A stretch of 63,328 bases of DNA, the filler included, from Klebsormidium nitens (lineage: Eukaryota > Plantae > Klebsormidiophyceae), in NCBI GenBank assembly GCA_000708835.1. It is 6 parts of 6 records of this genome, joined end to end, with 100 filler letters (N's around TTAATTAATTAA, not from the genome) between each part and the next. Parts side by side here need not be neighbours in the genome. Positions count along the whole stretch, not along the records: positions 36,606 to 53,290 come from DF237997.1; positions 53,391 to 59,035 come from DF238415.1; positions 59,136 to 63,328 come from DF238523.1; 3 more parts are not named here. One strand, given 5' to 3'. Every line of letters begins with the position of its first letter. Within the stretch, counting starts at the first letter, position 1. A model generated the notes under the pieces. That model had not been told where the DNA came from. It ran no database searches and saw only the letters and a program-made list of their open reading frames with translations. The position numbers and the translations under genes were made by a program. Shown piece after piece: positions 50,460-62,510 of this stretch.

Positions 50460-52492
50460 CGGATCACAAACCGCAGCACCTGCCGAGAAATTTAAGACGT
50501 ACATGAGTTTTTATGATCGTGGAGATTGTAAAGGGAGAATGTTAAGACAGGTGGTACTGATGGTGTCTCAAATTATGTTTCGATCCGGCTATGGAGCTGA
50601 GGATCCCTTCGAGACGCCCTTCAAAAGCGCCTTCCCTGAAGCCATTAAAAAGGGGGTTTTGGAGAAAAGGGACTGGATATTACTCAGCGTTCAATGAGAA
50701 GTCAACACAAACAGTCCAACAAGTAGGAACTTTTATTGGTTAAATCAACATCGCCACCATGAACAAGGAATGGTTTGCAACAGCTCTCAATTTGCTGGCA
50801 ATCCATCATCTTAGAGCAGAAAGTCCGACACCTGGGATCCACACAGCCGTTGCATATCCAACACCTGAGAAGCCAACAATTATGGTCGCAGCCTTACAAA
50901 GCTGAGATCAAAAATAAACTGGAGCTTGAGGAGAATTTGCGGTGGAATCAACCAATTGCACGAGATTGTCATGAAAATGAAATGAAGAAACTTTGACAGG
51001 TGACATCTTTAAACATACCGAACAGCATTGAATAAAGGCGTCAGCTGGTATGGTTTACCTGATCATCCAAGAGATGCGATTCCCCCTGTGCAATTGAGTC
51101 CTTCGATGGGCTTCTCCGTAAGCACGCAGTCCTAGTCCACAAAATGCAGCAGGCGAGAAGAGTCTCCTTCAACAAACATTGCACAGAGCTCGCGCTTTCT
51201 GCAATTCAGCATGAAACACCAACAGCATGCATGCCGTCGGCAATCGAGATCGCCTGTAGCAAATGTGGCGATTGATTTGGTGGCGAATTATGCCATGCAG
51301 CATCTATCACAGCATTGTACCTATTATGATCGATACAAAAGGCAGCCCGAGTCATCAAACCTTGGAATCAAGACTTTCAAGACTTCCAAGACTCCCAGCA
51401 AGCTTCTTCCTCGCATCACCCTGATACGGGCCCCGGGGGAAGTCTCCAACCGGGACACTTAGAGCTTATATGGCCATATTATTTTGCCGGTCGTCTACTA
51501 GTCCTTATAGATAGGCCACTATGACCGGGCGGTGGTCAACCGGTCACGTTTCCGAACAGCAAACAAAACGCAGGCTCAGCTGTCCATACCTAGATTTTTC
51601 TGATACTCAGGAACTTTACTCCAGCGAAGTCCGATCCAGCTAACTCCGGCCCGATTCCAAAGGTCCGACGTGGACAGAACTAAGCCAGCGTGGCAATATG
51701 CTTTCTTGCGATTGGATGTGAGGTCAGCAGTCAAACCTTAGGGGTAGGTACCCAGGGGCCAGACATGAGCCTGGCCGGACCAACCGTGCCACTTTTCCGG
51801 TTCAGTGTCCCAACATTCTTGACTTGCGTTGCACAGAAGTACCGTAGAGCCACGGTATCGGGGTACCGTACCTATTGCCGAGCAGTCCTACCTGGGCATA
51901 CTCCAGTGCCCAGATGGATTCTTAGGTCCCAGTTCTTAGGACCGACGAGACTCCAAATCACCGGGGATGAAATGGAAGACCCCGAGGCTCGAGCGCGAGC
52001 AAGATCGACGTGAAATAGGTACCGGTACACATGGTTAGTATCAACATCCAGATTCCAGTCCTTCACATGATATACTGTAGACCGCTGCTTCAACTCCCTT
52101 AAACCAAGCCTTAACCCCTCTGACTCATCGGCGACAGGAGCACTCGGTACGCAGATTTCTCCATGCTCGGTACGTGTTTCTCGGTGCAACCCCTGCCCGG
52201 GGTACCGTAAAAGTATTGCCACGCTGGCTCAAGAAATCGGCCAGGAATTAGCTGGAGCAGAGTTAGCTGGAGTAAAGTTCCTGCGTATTTTCTTCTGGCC
52301 ACAAACGGCGGCCGGCGCCGCGCGAAAGGTGGTAACGGTGGAGAATCCACCGGGCCGCATTTAGCGCATCTCCTCTTCCACCGGTCATATCGATGAGCTC
52401 TTCGTTGACCCGGAATCGAGCTGTAGCCTGTAGCCTGCATTCTGCACATCTAGCTCGAGCACATCCGGGTATCCAAGTAGGTACATACGAGG

Positions 52493-52698
52493 CAGGGGTC
52501 GGCACAAGCCGACTAACCGTGATCCCCGGGACATTGAAATTTCCGAAAAGCCGACAAAATTAAGAAGTACCCGGCTCGAAGCCGACACCGGAGGCAGGGG
52601 CCAAAGCGAGAAGCCGACAAGTACCCCAAAATATAGGCGAGAATTTACAAGGGAGTCGGCTTTGAGCCGACATTTTCGAAAACCTGTGGCGACCCCTG
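52493..52698. mobile_element. hAT-like MITE, 206 bp
   Basis: 14-bp TIR CAGGGGTCG(G/C)CACA. 8-bp flanks ATACGAGG/GTACGAGG. Internal AAGCCGAC repeats. Confidence 0.8.
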
Positions 52699-54675
52699 GT
52701 ACGAGGTCGAACCGACGTAGAATTGCACCGTTATCGAAGTGCCGGGCCGCTCCTGAATCAACTTAGGCGCAGTACAGAACCGGCACTATGCGCGCGCAGT
52801 TTCGATCTTAGTGATTCCGCTGGGACTCGGTCAGTGCCAGTAAAGACGGCCCGGGTACCGCGCCGGCCCGCGCGGCTATGGGACCTACGCACGGTACCGT
52901 ACCATGCCGGGGAATTTTTAGCTCGGTTTTTTTTGCAAAAAACGAGCTGTCGCTTTTAACCGGGTAGTTTGGATTTGGGATACCGTAAAGTGGCGCTTCA
53001 GACTGGGCCACTCAGTTAAGCGGATTTAATCCAGCGAACGGGACCTCGGTAACGTTCAGCGCTGTTCAGCTATGGAACGTATCGATTGCAAGTTTCCGAC
53101 GGCTTTTGGAGTTCGATGGCACGAAGAACTATTATTTGTTCTGCTAAACCTATCACGTGGTCTCTCGTTCGTGCGCCTGAAACCCTGCACATCCGGAGAG
53201 CGCGACATGGCGGTTCCGCAGCCCGGCCGCGTCAGCTATTTTAAATTATGAAATCACAGCCGTCCGATCATGCAAGTTGGGCTGAGCCCCNNNNNNNNNN
53301 NNNNNNNNNNNNNNNNNNNNNNNNNNNNNNNNNNTTAATTAATTAANNNNNNNNNNNNNNNNNNNNNNNNNNNNNNNNNNNNNNNNNNNNAATTTTCCTT
53401 CTAAGAGCTTCTTTCACCATCCGTGTGATGGTGGGCCCATAACCTATTAGATTGCAGCTATGGAAGCATCTTCGGGTTCATGCGATGGACACCATGGAAC
53501 ATGTGCAGAGAGGCGCTCGAGAGAGTAGGCGCCTTGTTGCAGAGAAGGGATCACTACTTATGATAAATTTCACGAGTCCACAGCGCAGCTCTTCTTCTAC
53601 GCGGTTTCCTTCTACTTGTCATATCAACGGTCGAAGTCCGTATAATCAATATCGTACGGTAGCCAGACTGCTGACTGTACCTAGCTACCTTCTCAGTAAC
53701 TAGACCGACGACATTCTAACAATCATCGCTCCCTGCAATGGAGGCTTGGTATGGCCCGAAGACGTCGTTTCAGGGCAAAGAGCTGACTGTGGTGGTAAAG
53801 AGGAACATCATCAAGATGATTTTGAGAGGGGGTCTCGGCCTTTCGCTCGAGATCTCTAAAATGAGCCACGGAGTTAGGACAACACCGCTTCGAATCGTGC
53901 CCATGAGTGAGTGGAAGCAGCTGGAGACGAAGTACGGTGGGCTGAAGGCAAGTCTCGAGAGGACCAAGGCGCTTCGGGGCAGGTGCTTGATCAGCGGGGG
54001 TGCGGATCCATCCAGCCCTGACAAGGTACGTTGAAGCTTCGATTGCAAGTTGCTGGTATGCAGCCGTTGACTCCTTGCCTAAAGGATTCATTGAAGCTTG
54101 TACTGACCGTCATTTCTGATGTTGTTCTCGTGGTCACTTGAAACGTCGCCTGACTGTAGGTCGCAAAGGGTCAAAATGAACGGGAGTAAAAAACCCCTTA
54201 ATTAAGCAAATTGATCAAGCTCCTAAGACTTTTACTCCCATTCAATGCAGCTCGGGTGAGTAGCCCTGCACCCGGAGGGGGAGCGCATATGTTGTCTAAT
54301 GGGCCAACTTTTCGAGGAGTAAACGGAGGCGCAGTGGTAGCGCAAGTCTGGATGTTGTTGCAGCTCGAGAGTCTAGCAATTGCTTGTGACTTAGTTAGAA
54401 AGCGCGACGTAGGAGTCGCTCGTGCATTCACATACATGCATACCTTCCGAACTGTTTGAAGTAGCTTGATTGGCTTATGTAAAGTAGTCTCAACCGAGTC
54501 GCCAGGTACTCACGGCCGTGAAAACCTCTCAGTTAGATACTAGTGCTACGTCAGATTGGCAGATGGCACAATGTGTGTTCTGAATCGACATCATGGTTTA
54601 AGCGCTTGTTGATCCGCTTTGCGAGCAAACATTTTCTGAATGTTATCACAATATAGACGTCGTCCAACTCTAAAG

Positions 54676-54940
54676 ATGCAATCGAAAAGCTCCATCCACG
54701 ATCATCCCGATTCGAATCTCCTATGCGCAGCATGTTTAGAATCAGCAACCTACAAAGAGCAACGTCTAGCTCGAGCTCGAGCTTGGGCTAAAGACAACTA
54801 CGTTTTGAACCGTGATAAGATCTTGCTAGAGAAAGCTCTCGATCGTTTTCGTAAAGGCGTTAAAAGTGAATGAGACCACACTCAGCAAGTTAAAAGAAGC
54901 GAATCTGCTTGAGCCTCGCCATAGCATCCTTGTGTCTTGA
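54676..54940 (+). CDS. Small hypothetical protein homologous to 2993-3370; one +1 frameshift in an A run at 54862-54865
   Basis: CAAC...NYVLNRDKILLEKALDRFRKG aligns with CKTC...YYYRHRDTILLTQAFERYKNG. The shifted frame continues VNETTLSKLKEANL, matching HQKTLKRLFDAGY. Confidence 0.55.
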
Positions 54941-55452
54941 AACGTATACAGAGTTAGGCAAAGTCAGGCAGTGGTACCACTGTGAGCAGATTCACTTGGT
55001 CGATCACATGTCTGCACATGCATCACACGGTATCTAATGGCAATCATGATGCAGGCAAGGCCTATAGAAGTGATGTGATGCATCTGCTTTCACACGTTCT
55101 TGAAACGAAGGCTTTCCAAGCTTTGCCCGAGTTCAAAAGGCTTTCGCCGGCGCTGCGCACGATTACCCCGGAGAGCTCATCATGATCATGGGCGACCCTG
55201 TCTTGATTGCGATGAGTGCCCCCGCCGATGCCAGTGCACAATTGCACCGGGTGTCTGCTCCTCAACTTGTGCAAAGCAGCTGAAATGTGCCCGGACCCTG
55301 ATCGATGATAACGGTCGTTGTGCACTGCGTCTTTGAAACAAAGCAATGTCGACGGTGCCAGATGCTCTTGAGAATGCGTTCTAGAAAACTCAGAACATCC
55401 CGATTTTTTTTTCTAGGCTAGGAATTAAGAACCTGCCGGCGCGGTAGGCTGA

Positions 55453-58338
55453 ATGCATTCCCAGTGCAGCATGTCAAACTCTCGATCCAGTCAATTGCTG
55501 GAAGCCTTGGAAGATCTTTCAAAACAAGGCTTGCATGGTATACCAGCTAAATTCCGGCTCTCTGACAAAGGTAAAAAGAAAGGGACCACTTTGTCCCACA
55601 CCAAAGGCAGCGAAGCCATCAGAACCAGTAAAGATTGGAAAGCTGCTTGGCCAAGAATGGTAAGCATGGTTGCTAACGACCCTGACTGCAACTTTGTGGC
55701 AATAAAGACCGGCGTGATTTCTGACGTCTTTGTTCTAGACATTGACGTCAAAGCTGATCCAGAAAGGAACCAAGAGTCGGGAATGAGGTTGTGGAGACGA
55801 CTGATTGCAGAACATGGAGAACCTACCACACTAAGGGTGACGACTGGAAGTGGCGGCTTCCATTACTACTTTTCCTATGCAGGAGCGCTGAAGGCCGGCC
55901 TTCAATCAGCTAGTAACTTCGAAGGTGTTGAGTTTGATGGACAAAGCTATGGTATTGATGGTCGAGGAGAAGGTGGGGTCGCTTTCGCCCCTCCAAGCGC
56001 AATTGGAAAAGACCGTGTATATATGTGGGATATGGAGCCCAAGAGAGAAAACATCAGGGATCCGCCGTCTTGGATAGTGAGTTTCATCAATGAGCATGCA
56101 AATCGAGCTGGATCGAAACGAAGAACTCAAACAGCCGCTTCAGTGGTGAGCCAGTCACGTGCGTCGATCGACAAGAATGACGAGGTGCTCATCAACTTGA
56201 ACCCGAGTTCACAGCTTCCCGACTTCCCAAACGAAGTTTGGACGGATCATCTACCAGAAGCTGATCAACACGTTGGAAAAGCTGAAAAACGAATAGCAGA
56301 TGCAATGATGAAACTGTTGATAAACGAGGGCATCGGTGGTGAGGGTGTACGTTTCTCAGGCAATGTTTTCGCAAAAGGCGCTTATGGCACTTTCTACTCT
56401 TTCATCTGTACCGGACCTAGAAAATGCATTCACAAACATCAGCACAATGGTTCGAACAACTTCACCCTAATAAAACGGGGTTGGACGGTTCTGTATCGTT
56501 GCTTTGCCAAAGAGTGCTCCCAGAAGCCCATAGCCGAGCTTGGCACTTTGAGCCTAGCAGACTCGTTCTTGGATGCAAATCCGGCGAAATTACATTCTAC
56601 ATACGATTTGTCATTGTTCCCAAGCAACCGTTCAAAACTCACTGAGATTGAGACCCAATCCTATTTGGCAATCATCAAGCGGAACGTAACCGACCGCTAT
56701 CGGGGCTTGGCTGCGATATTCAGTGCAATCTATGCCGTTGATGGCAGGATCTTTGCAGACGGCAAGACCTTCTACTACTGGAACGGCAAGAGGTGGCAGA
56801 TCGACGGTTCTTTCCACATCCAAACGGTTTTTTCCACACATTTGGCCAGTATTCTCAACTGGTATGATGGCCTCAGAAAGGCTGCCTTTAAGGCACAAGT
56901 TCGGATCAGCGTGGCAAAAAGGATGCAGCAAAACGAACCGTCTGAGGCGGCTTTTGAACTGCCAACGTGGGCAGTGAATCCGAAGACAGAGAACGAACGA
57001 GAACTCTACAATGCCGCTTGGCATGTAGTCGACAAAGTGTACTCATTCCCAACGAAGGGGTCTTTACCAATGGTCGATTTAACACGAACCTCTGAAATTC
57101 GGATCTGCTTGGAGTACGTTGTAAATACCCTACAAATCCAGGAGGACTTGAATGCCTTATTTGATCTGGTCAATCCGCATCTGTTTGTGTGTGCCAACGG
57201 CGTTCTAGACGGCCATACCGGAAGCCTTCTACAGCCTCATCCAGCGTACCTATGCTCGCGAGCTTCCCCCGTTGCCTTTCGTGGCATGCCAACCTCGGAT
57301 GGTCGCTTTGTTAGAATGCTGATGGATTGTTTCGAGGACGATCTGGAGGTGCTGAATTGGTTTCAGTTGTATCTTGGATACTGCATGACCCCATATGTGA
57401 ATGAGCAGATTTTCATGATATTGCATGGTGGTGGTTCCAACTTAAAGACCCTGATCAAAATTGCGTTGATGGAGGTATTTGGAACCTACGCCACGGTAAT
57501 GGACAGTGATGTTATTATCGAAGCAGGAAGAAAACGCTCGGCGGGGTCAGCTTCTTCTTACCTAATGGCACTGAAGGGTGCAAGGCTTGCGATCACAGAC
57601 GAATCTAAAGAGAAAGCCGTTCTCAATGAAGGCAGTGTCAAGGAGCATAGTGGTGGAGGCTCAGTAACTGCTCGAGAGATTAGAGGCAAACAAGAAGTCT
57701 TTACGATTACACATAAAGCAATGTTGAACACGAATTACAAGCCGATTCTTGACAGCGTCGAGTTTAGCGTAGTAAGACGGATGGCGTTGCTACCGATGCG
57801 AGTGACATTCAGGGCCAAGGATCAACTGGTTGCTCGGCGTTCGCGCGAAAGAATTGGTGATCCTACTCTGGAGGACTACTTGAAAAGCGATGAAGGCCGT
57901 GAGGAGACACTATCATGGATTGCTCAAGGCGCCATGCGCTATTTCGGGCGGAAGTCCGAGAACCCCCAACAACTGGTCCTTGGAAAAAGTCCAAAGGCTA
58001 TGCTCGATGCTCTCAAGGAATACATCTCAGAGAACGACTCTTCGACGAAGTTCTTTGAAGAGTGCTGCGAGTTTCAGGAACCTGGATTTGCAGCTCGTGA
58101 AGCATGGCACATGCCCGCTGGAAGACAACTTGAGGAACGGTATACGGTGTGGGCGCAAGGGGAGGGACATCAGAGTATATCGGCTCTGAAACTGAAAAAG
58201 AGTCTTCTTCGTTATGCAGATGCAAAGAATTGGACGATTGCATATGGGAAGTACACTGATCGAACTGTGCAAGATGGCCAATTCTACGGCTTTGCCGGCA
58301 TACGGTTTTGTGAAGACCCGGATGCGAATCTCTACTAG
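55453..58338 (+). CDS. Primase-helicase: Prim-Pol + Zn-binding domain + D5/P4-type SF3 helicase, 961 aa, intronless
   Basis: FVLDIDV, TGSGGFHYYF, IDGRGEGGVAFA and C-x3-H-x-H...YRC-x4-C. D5_N-like FVCANGVLD. Walker A HGGGSNLKT, Walker B AITDE, motif C LNTNYKP, VVRRMALLP. Confidence 0.9.
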   Translation: MHSQCSMSNSRSSQLLEALEDLSKQGLHGIPAKFRLSDKGKKKGTTLSHTKGSEAIRTSKDWKAAWPRMVSMVANDPDCNFVAIKTGVISDVFVLDIDVKADPERNQESGMRLWRRLIAEHGEPTTLRVTTGSGGFHYYFSYAGALKAGLQSASNFEGVEFDGQSYGIDGRGEGGVAFAPPSAIGKDRVYMWDMEPKRENIRDPPSWIVSFINEHANRAGSKRRTQTAASVVSQSRASIDKNDEVLINLNPSSQLPDFPNEVWTDHLPEADQHVGKAEKRIADAMMKLLINEGIGGEGVRFSGNVFAKGAYGTFYSFICTGPRKCIHKHQHNGSNNFTLIKRGWTVLYRCFAKECSQKPIAELGTLSLADSFLDANPAKLHSTYDLSLFPSNRSKLTEIETQSYLAIIKRNVTDRYRGLAAIFSAIYAVDGRIFADGKTFYYWNGKRWQIDGSFHIQTVFSTHLASILNWYDGLRKAAFKAQVRISVAKRMQQNEPSEAAFELPTWAVNPKTENERELYNAAWHVVDKVYSFPTKGSLPMVDLTRTSEIRICLEYVVNTLQIQEDLNALFDLVNPHLFVCANGVLDGHTGSLLQPHPAYLCSRASPVAFRGMPTSDGRFVRMLMDCFEDDLEVLNWFQLYLGYCMTPYVNEQIFMILHGGGSNLKTLIKIALMEVFGTYATVMDSDVIIEAGRKRSAGSASSYLMALKGARLAITDESKEKAVLNEGSVKEHSGGGSVTAREIRGKQEVFTITHKAMLNTNYKPILDSVEFSVVRRMALLPMRVTFRAKDQLVARRSRERIGDPTLEDYLKSDEGREETLSWIAQGAMRYFGRKSENPQQLVLGKSPKAMLDALKEYISENDSSTKFFEECCEFQEPGFAAREAWHMPAGRQLEERYTVWAQGEGHQSISALKLKKSLLRYADAKNWTIAYGKYTDRTVQDGQFYGFAGIRFCEDPDANLY

Positions 58339-60956
58339 CGAACGTCTTACGCCCGTCTTACAATGATTGAGCATTTCTCGACTGTTGCGTTCTTTGGACA
58401 GTGATTTGTGCCAATCAGCAATGGCAGCATAAGGAAGATGAAAAGATCAGAAAGACTTCAATCTTATATAGTCCGATTTTTTGGCAAAGCCCGAACCGCT
58501 CCTATGACAGTCAATGACGGAAACGTGTCTTTTCAAGCTTTTCATCTTCAACCGCCGGCCCCCAATCATGAATGCGATTCACAAGGCATTGGCAGCCTTA
58601 GAGCCCTCAAGAATGGTCGTGACTTGTAGCACATTAGCTAGGTCTAAACAAGCTCTTCAAGTCCGACCATTCTTACAACCTGCAAGCTCAATTGCCACAT
58701 CAATGGTACAATGGTAGTTCAAGATGGAAGCAGCTGGGTTGCAAACGTTTGTCACAGATCACTGTCTGGTAGGAAAACAACTTCCTGTGAACTGCATGGC
58801 AATCCAAAACGGCTTACAACAACTGGTCCGGTAAGCCTTCGCTGTGCACAGGATTCAAAGATCTGGTCAAGGGATTAGGCTTCATTGAACAGCCGGCGCG
58901 TCTATAAGGGAGTAGCACTAAAGGAAGCACTGCGCTAGAGGAGAACACGCAGCAGCTTACGAAACAGACACGAAAGCAGTTGTAAGACACCTTCAGCCCC
59001 ATCGATCAAGTAACGCGAGCAAACAAGATGACGTCNNNNNNNNNNNNNNNNNNNNNNNNNNNNNNNNNNNNNNNNNNNNTTAATTAATTAANNNNNNNNN
59101 NNNNNNNNNNNNNNNNNNNNNNNNNNNNNNNNNNNAACAATTTTTCTGAGAGGCGCTCTTGCTGAAGGTGAACCTAAGTTGGGCTGAAAAGCTGGGCATG
59201 GATTCCGCACATGTCTAGCAGACGGGCAGCGTTGAAACCCGTCCAACCGTCACAGGGAGACGTTGAAGAGGGCGTTTTGAAAAGTGACAACCTCGACTTA
59301 AGCCGTGCCTTGCTGTTGTCGAAGTAATAAACAGTGGTAACTTTACTTGGTTCGTTTTGGCCAAGTACTTAAATTGAGCTGCTGTGTGACACAGGTTCCG
59401 ACTTTCCAAGCGACCCTATATTAGCTTTCCCCTTTATTGGACTGCGTTGCTAAACCCACGGCTAACAAATCATAGGGAGTTTCAAGCAGCAGGTCACGAT
59501 GGCGCTTCCGCTTGGTGCAAACATACGGGTCGGTTTAGCACGTCTGTTCTCGAGCGTGGCTGATTATCTCTTTAGATTGTACTCTGGAGCTGATGCAAAA
59601 GCAACGGAATATGCGACTATGGTCCTTCAGAGTTTCACTTGAGAGGGCTTGACGACTTGCCATGCTCATATGGTAGACATTTGAATTATACCTTTTATGG
59701 ATGTGCAAGTTTTGTGGAGATTAAGTAGTTGAGCACCATCCTACATGTGCTCCGCCCGGCGATCCAGCTCGAGAGCCTCACCTGTGGCTAGACGGCTTCC
59801 AAGGCTTTTTGCTCCGATAAAGTGAGCGGCAAAGAGGGAAGCATTATGAGCGACTCATCTGAATGCGTTGTGAGATGGCAATGATATGCCGTCCATTCAA
59901 ACCGCTTTGACGCCCTTGAGCCGCATTTGATAGAGCAGCGGAGAGCATTATCAACCAGAGATAAGCCTCAATAAGGATGCAACTCGCCCGTCTCCGCAAA
60001 CCCGCCACGTTGAAAGATGGAATCAAAACAAGTTGGACAGGCTTCCGGAACCCACAATTGGTTCAAGCTGTTGATCCTGTCCTTGAAAGGGACTGCCATC
60101 GAATCGCCCAGTGCCTCGAAGTCCTATTTCCACCATCGCCAATGACTGTGGCGGGTTGACCAGCACAACCAGGTTGGCTGTAGGAGCTAAAGTTTGCTTT
60201 GAAGAAGCACAACTACTGAGGACGGCTAAGCGAATTGAGCAATCGGAGTGATCAAACGTCCTTCGAGTGAGCGCAGAAGATCAAACAATAGAAGCCGTTC
60301 ACCGTTGCGATATGCCATCATGCATCGTTATCTACTTCGACCGTTCAGAATTGGGAAGGGTTTTTTTGATGCACCAAGCACAGGAGGAGGCAGAGCCCGT
60401 TCGCATTCGGCTTGTTGCCGCTCGAATCAAGCCAAAAGCATGGCTAATCGAGGTTTGGCGGATTAAGACCCGTTGATGCTTGCTTGAGCTCTAACCATCC
60501 ACAAAGTGCAAGGGCTACGAATGGATAAAGCAATCATGAATTTGCACTGTAGCATATGGGAGCCTAGCCACGCGTATGTGGCACTTAACATCGTCCGAAA
60601 ATATGCCGCGGTGGCTTCACTTGACCTCATGATGGAGTCTCTCAACATCACGTCACCGCATGCGAGTGGAGAGTACGATCGCCTCTTTTCCCCGGTTAGA
60701 CCTCCTAAAGCGCAAGAGTCCGAGCGCTTACTACAATGCCAAATGGCTGCAGAAGGTGTTCTAGCTGTTACTCCCTCTCGAGACGAGGACGGGTTACGTA
60801 GCTATTTAATATATGGCTTCAATCAGCTCGCCGCTGATCCACAAACGCCGCTCAATTTGAGTTGTTGGTGGGAGATTGGTAGATTTCGTTAATCGTAGTC
60901 AGCGAAATTACTGTGTGTAAAAGTTGGGCCTGAGTGGAATTTGGACCAGTAGCGCC

Positions 60957-61580
60957 TGTTGAAATCACACGCTCATGCTTGGTACTACGAGGGATACAAT
61001 CACCATCATACATGTACACAAGCGCTTCACAAAAGAAGCACCCTAACTCTCACCAAGCATCTTTTAGTATGAATATCCACCACAATACAATTTTCAAAGT
61101 CATAGCTAGCACTCGGAATCAGCTAGCCTATCACGGGTTCCGACCATGCCTACTAATCCACGGCCTATATGAGTCCAAGTTCCGTCCGATCAAAGCTCCT
61201 CCAACATTTATCCACTCTCGATAGAACCAATTTGGCACACTTTGTCTCAATTTCTCTGATCCGTCAATATTCAATCTAACGGCTACCTCAATTTGGTACA
61301 CTCGGCTTTCGGACACTTTCATCCTAGACCATCGATCCTCGATCCAACGGTAAATCTAAATTGGTACAAGTCGAACCAAATCGGGACAAACCCGCGACGC
61401 GTATCCTACCGTCGGTATTAGCGATATGATTTGACTCCGAACTTGCGAATCGTACCGTCGACATCCGACCTTAAACCACGATCGACCGGCTACAAATCAG
61501 CCTAAGATACAGTGCGTTACTAGCCTAGTACTTGCGCCTAACCCACACATTTTGGCCGTCAATCAATTTTGATCTCAACA
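60957..61580 (-). mobile_element. Ty1/copia 3' LTR, 624 bp, with an adjacent PPT-like tract
   Basis: TGTTGA...TCAACA termini. Minus-strand GTGTGGGAG lies immediately before the LTR start. Confidence 0.8.
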
Positions 61581-62510
61581 CTCCCACACGGACAAATGTC
61601 CCACTCAACCTCGCCACTTCTACCCGCTCGCTTCTTAGACTTTGGTGTCACCCAACCTGTCTCGCTTCCCCAAATTTTCCTGGTGCCGCACGTGCCCTCT
61701 CCGAATACCGTTTGCCGCTTGTCTCCGGCAACATCACCTTTCCGCTCTCATCCTTGTCCAACTTTTACTCGATCCGTGCTCCCACGCCTTCCGCTGCGGT
61801 TGCTCCCACCGCTTCCGTTGCTGCTCCCACGGCTTTCGTTGCGCCGTGCTTCTCCATTTTCGTCACCGTCGGGGTCTTCGTCTCCCCGACGCTCACATCC
61901 ACCAGTTGGGAGTCTTTCACCCCGTCGTCCGACTCATCGTCCGACTCAAGGTCAACCTCAATGAAGTTGACCGGCTTCACCTCCACTTGCTTCTTCTCCA
62001 CTTTCACCTGCGGCTTCGGTGCCGCCTTTCCAAACCAACGCTCCGTCTTGACCGGCCCCTTGACCGCCAAAAACGCTCTTGCCTTCTTCACCGTTGCAAT
62101 CTCCCACAATCCCTTGTGTTGCACCGCCTCCATTCTCACCACACCTTCCTTCTCAGATAGGGCAATCCCCCTTTCAGAGGAGATCCTTTGCGCCCGCGTC
62201 CGTTGCTCGCTGCATTGCAAACAAGTTTGCCCTCGCTCGCGAAACGTGCCTGGAAACTTCATTCAAAGTCACCGTCCTCAAACCATTTGGCGTCTCATAC
62301 TCTGGAACAACTCTCCCAATCCCAACCGCCGTCAAGGCTTCTCCTCCAAGCCCCTCAATCTTCTCCGCGCGCACAAGCCTCTCGTAGCTTGCAAATTGCC
62401 TCTTATCCGGCGTAATGTGTTGGGTGCTTTCGGAGTCAACAAGCTACACATCCGCCGGCACCCGCGCCTCTTTTCGCCATGCCGTAAACGCCACACCGGC
62501 AAAGTCCTTC
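61581..62510 (-). mobile_element. Deleted copia internal fragment (gag C-terminus, protease, pre-integrase, IN-RT linker)
   Basis: GVAFTA...DV*LVDSESTQHITP, ANLFAMQRA and RYSERARAAPG. Integrase core, RT and RNase H are missing before the PPT. Confidence 0.75.
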
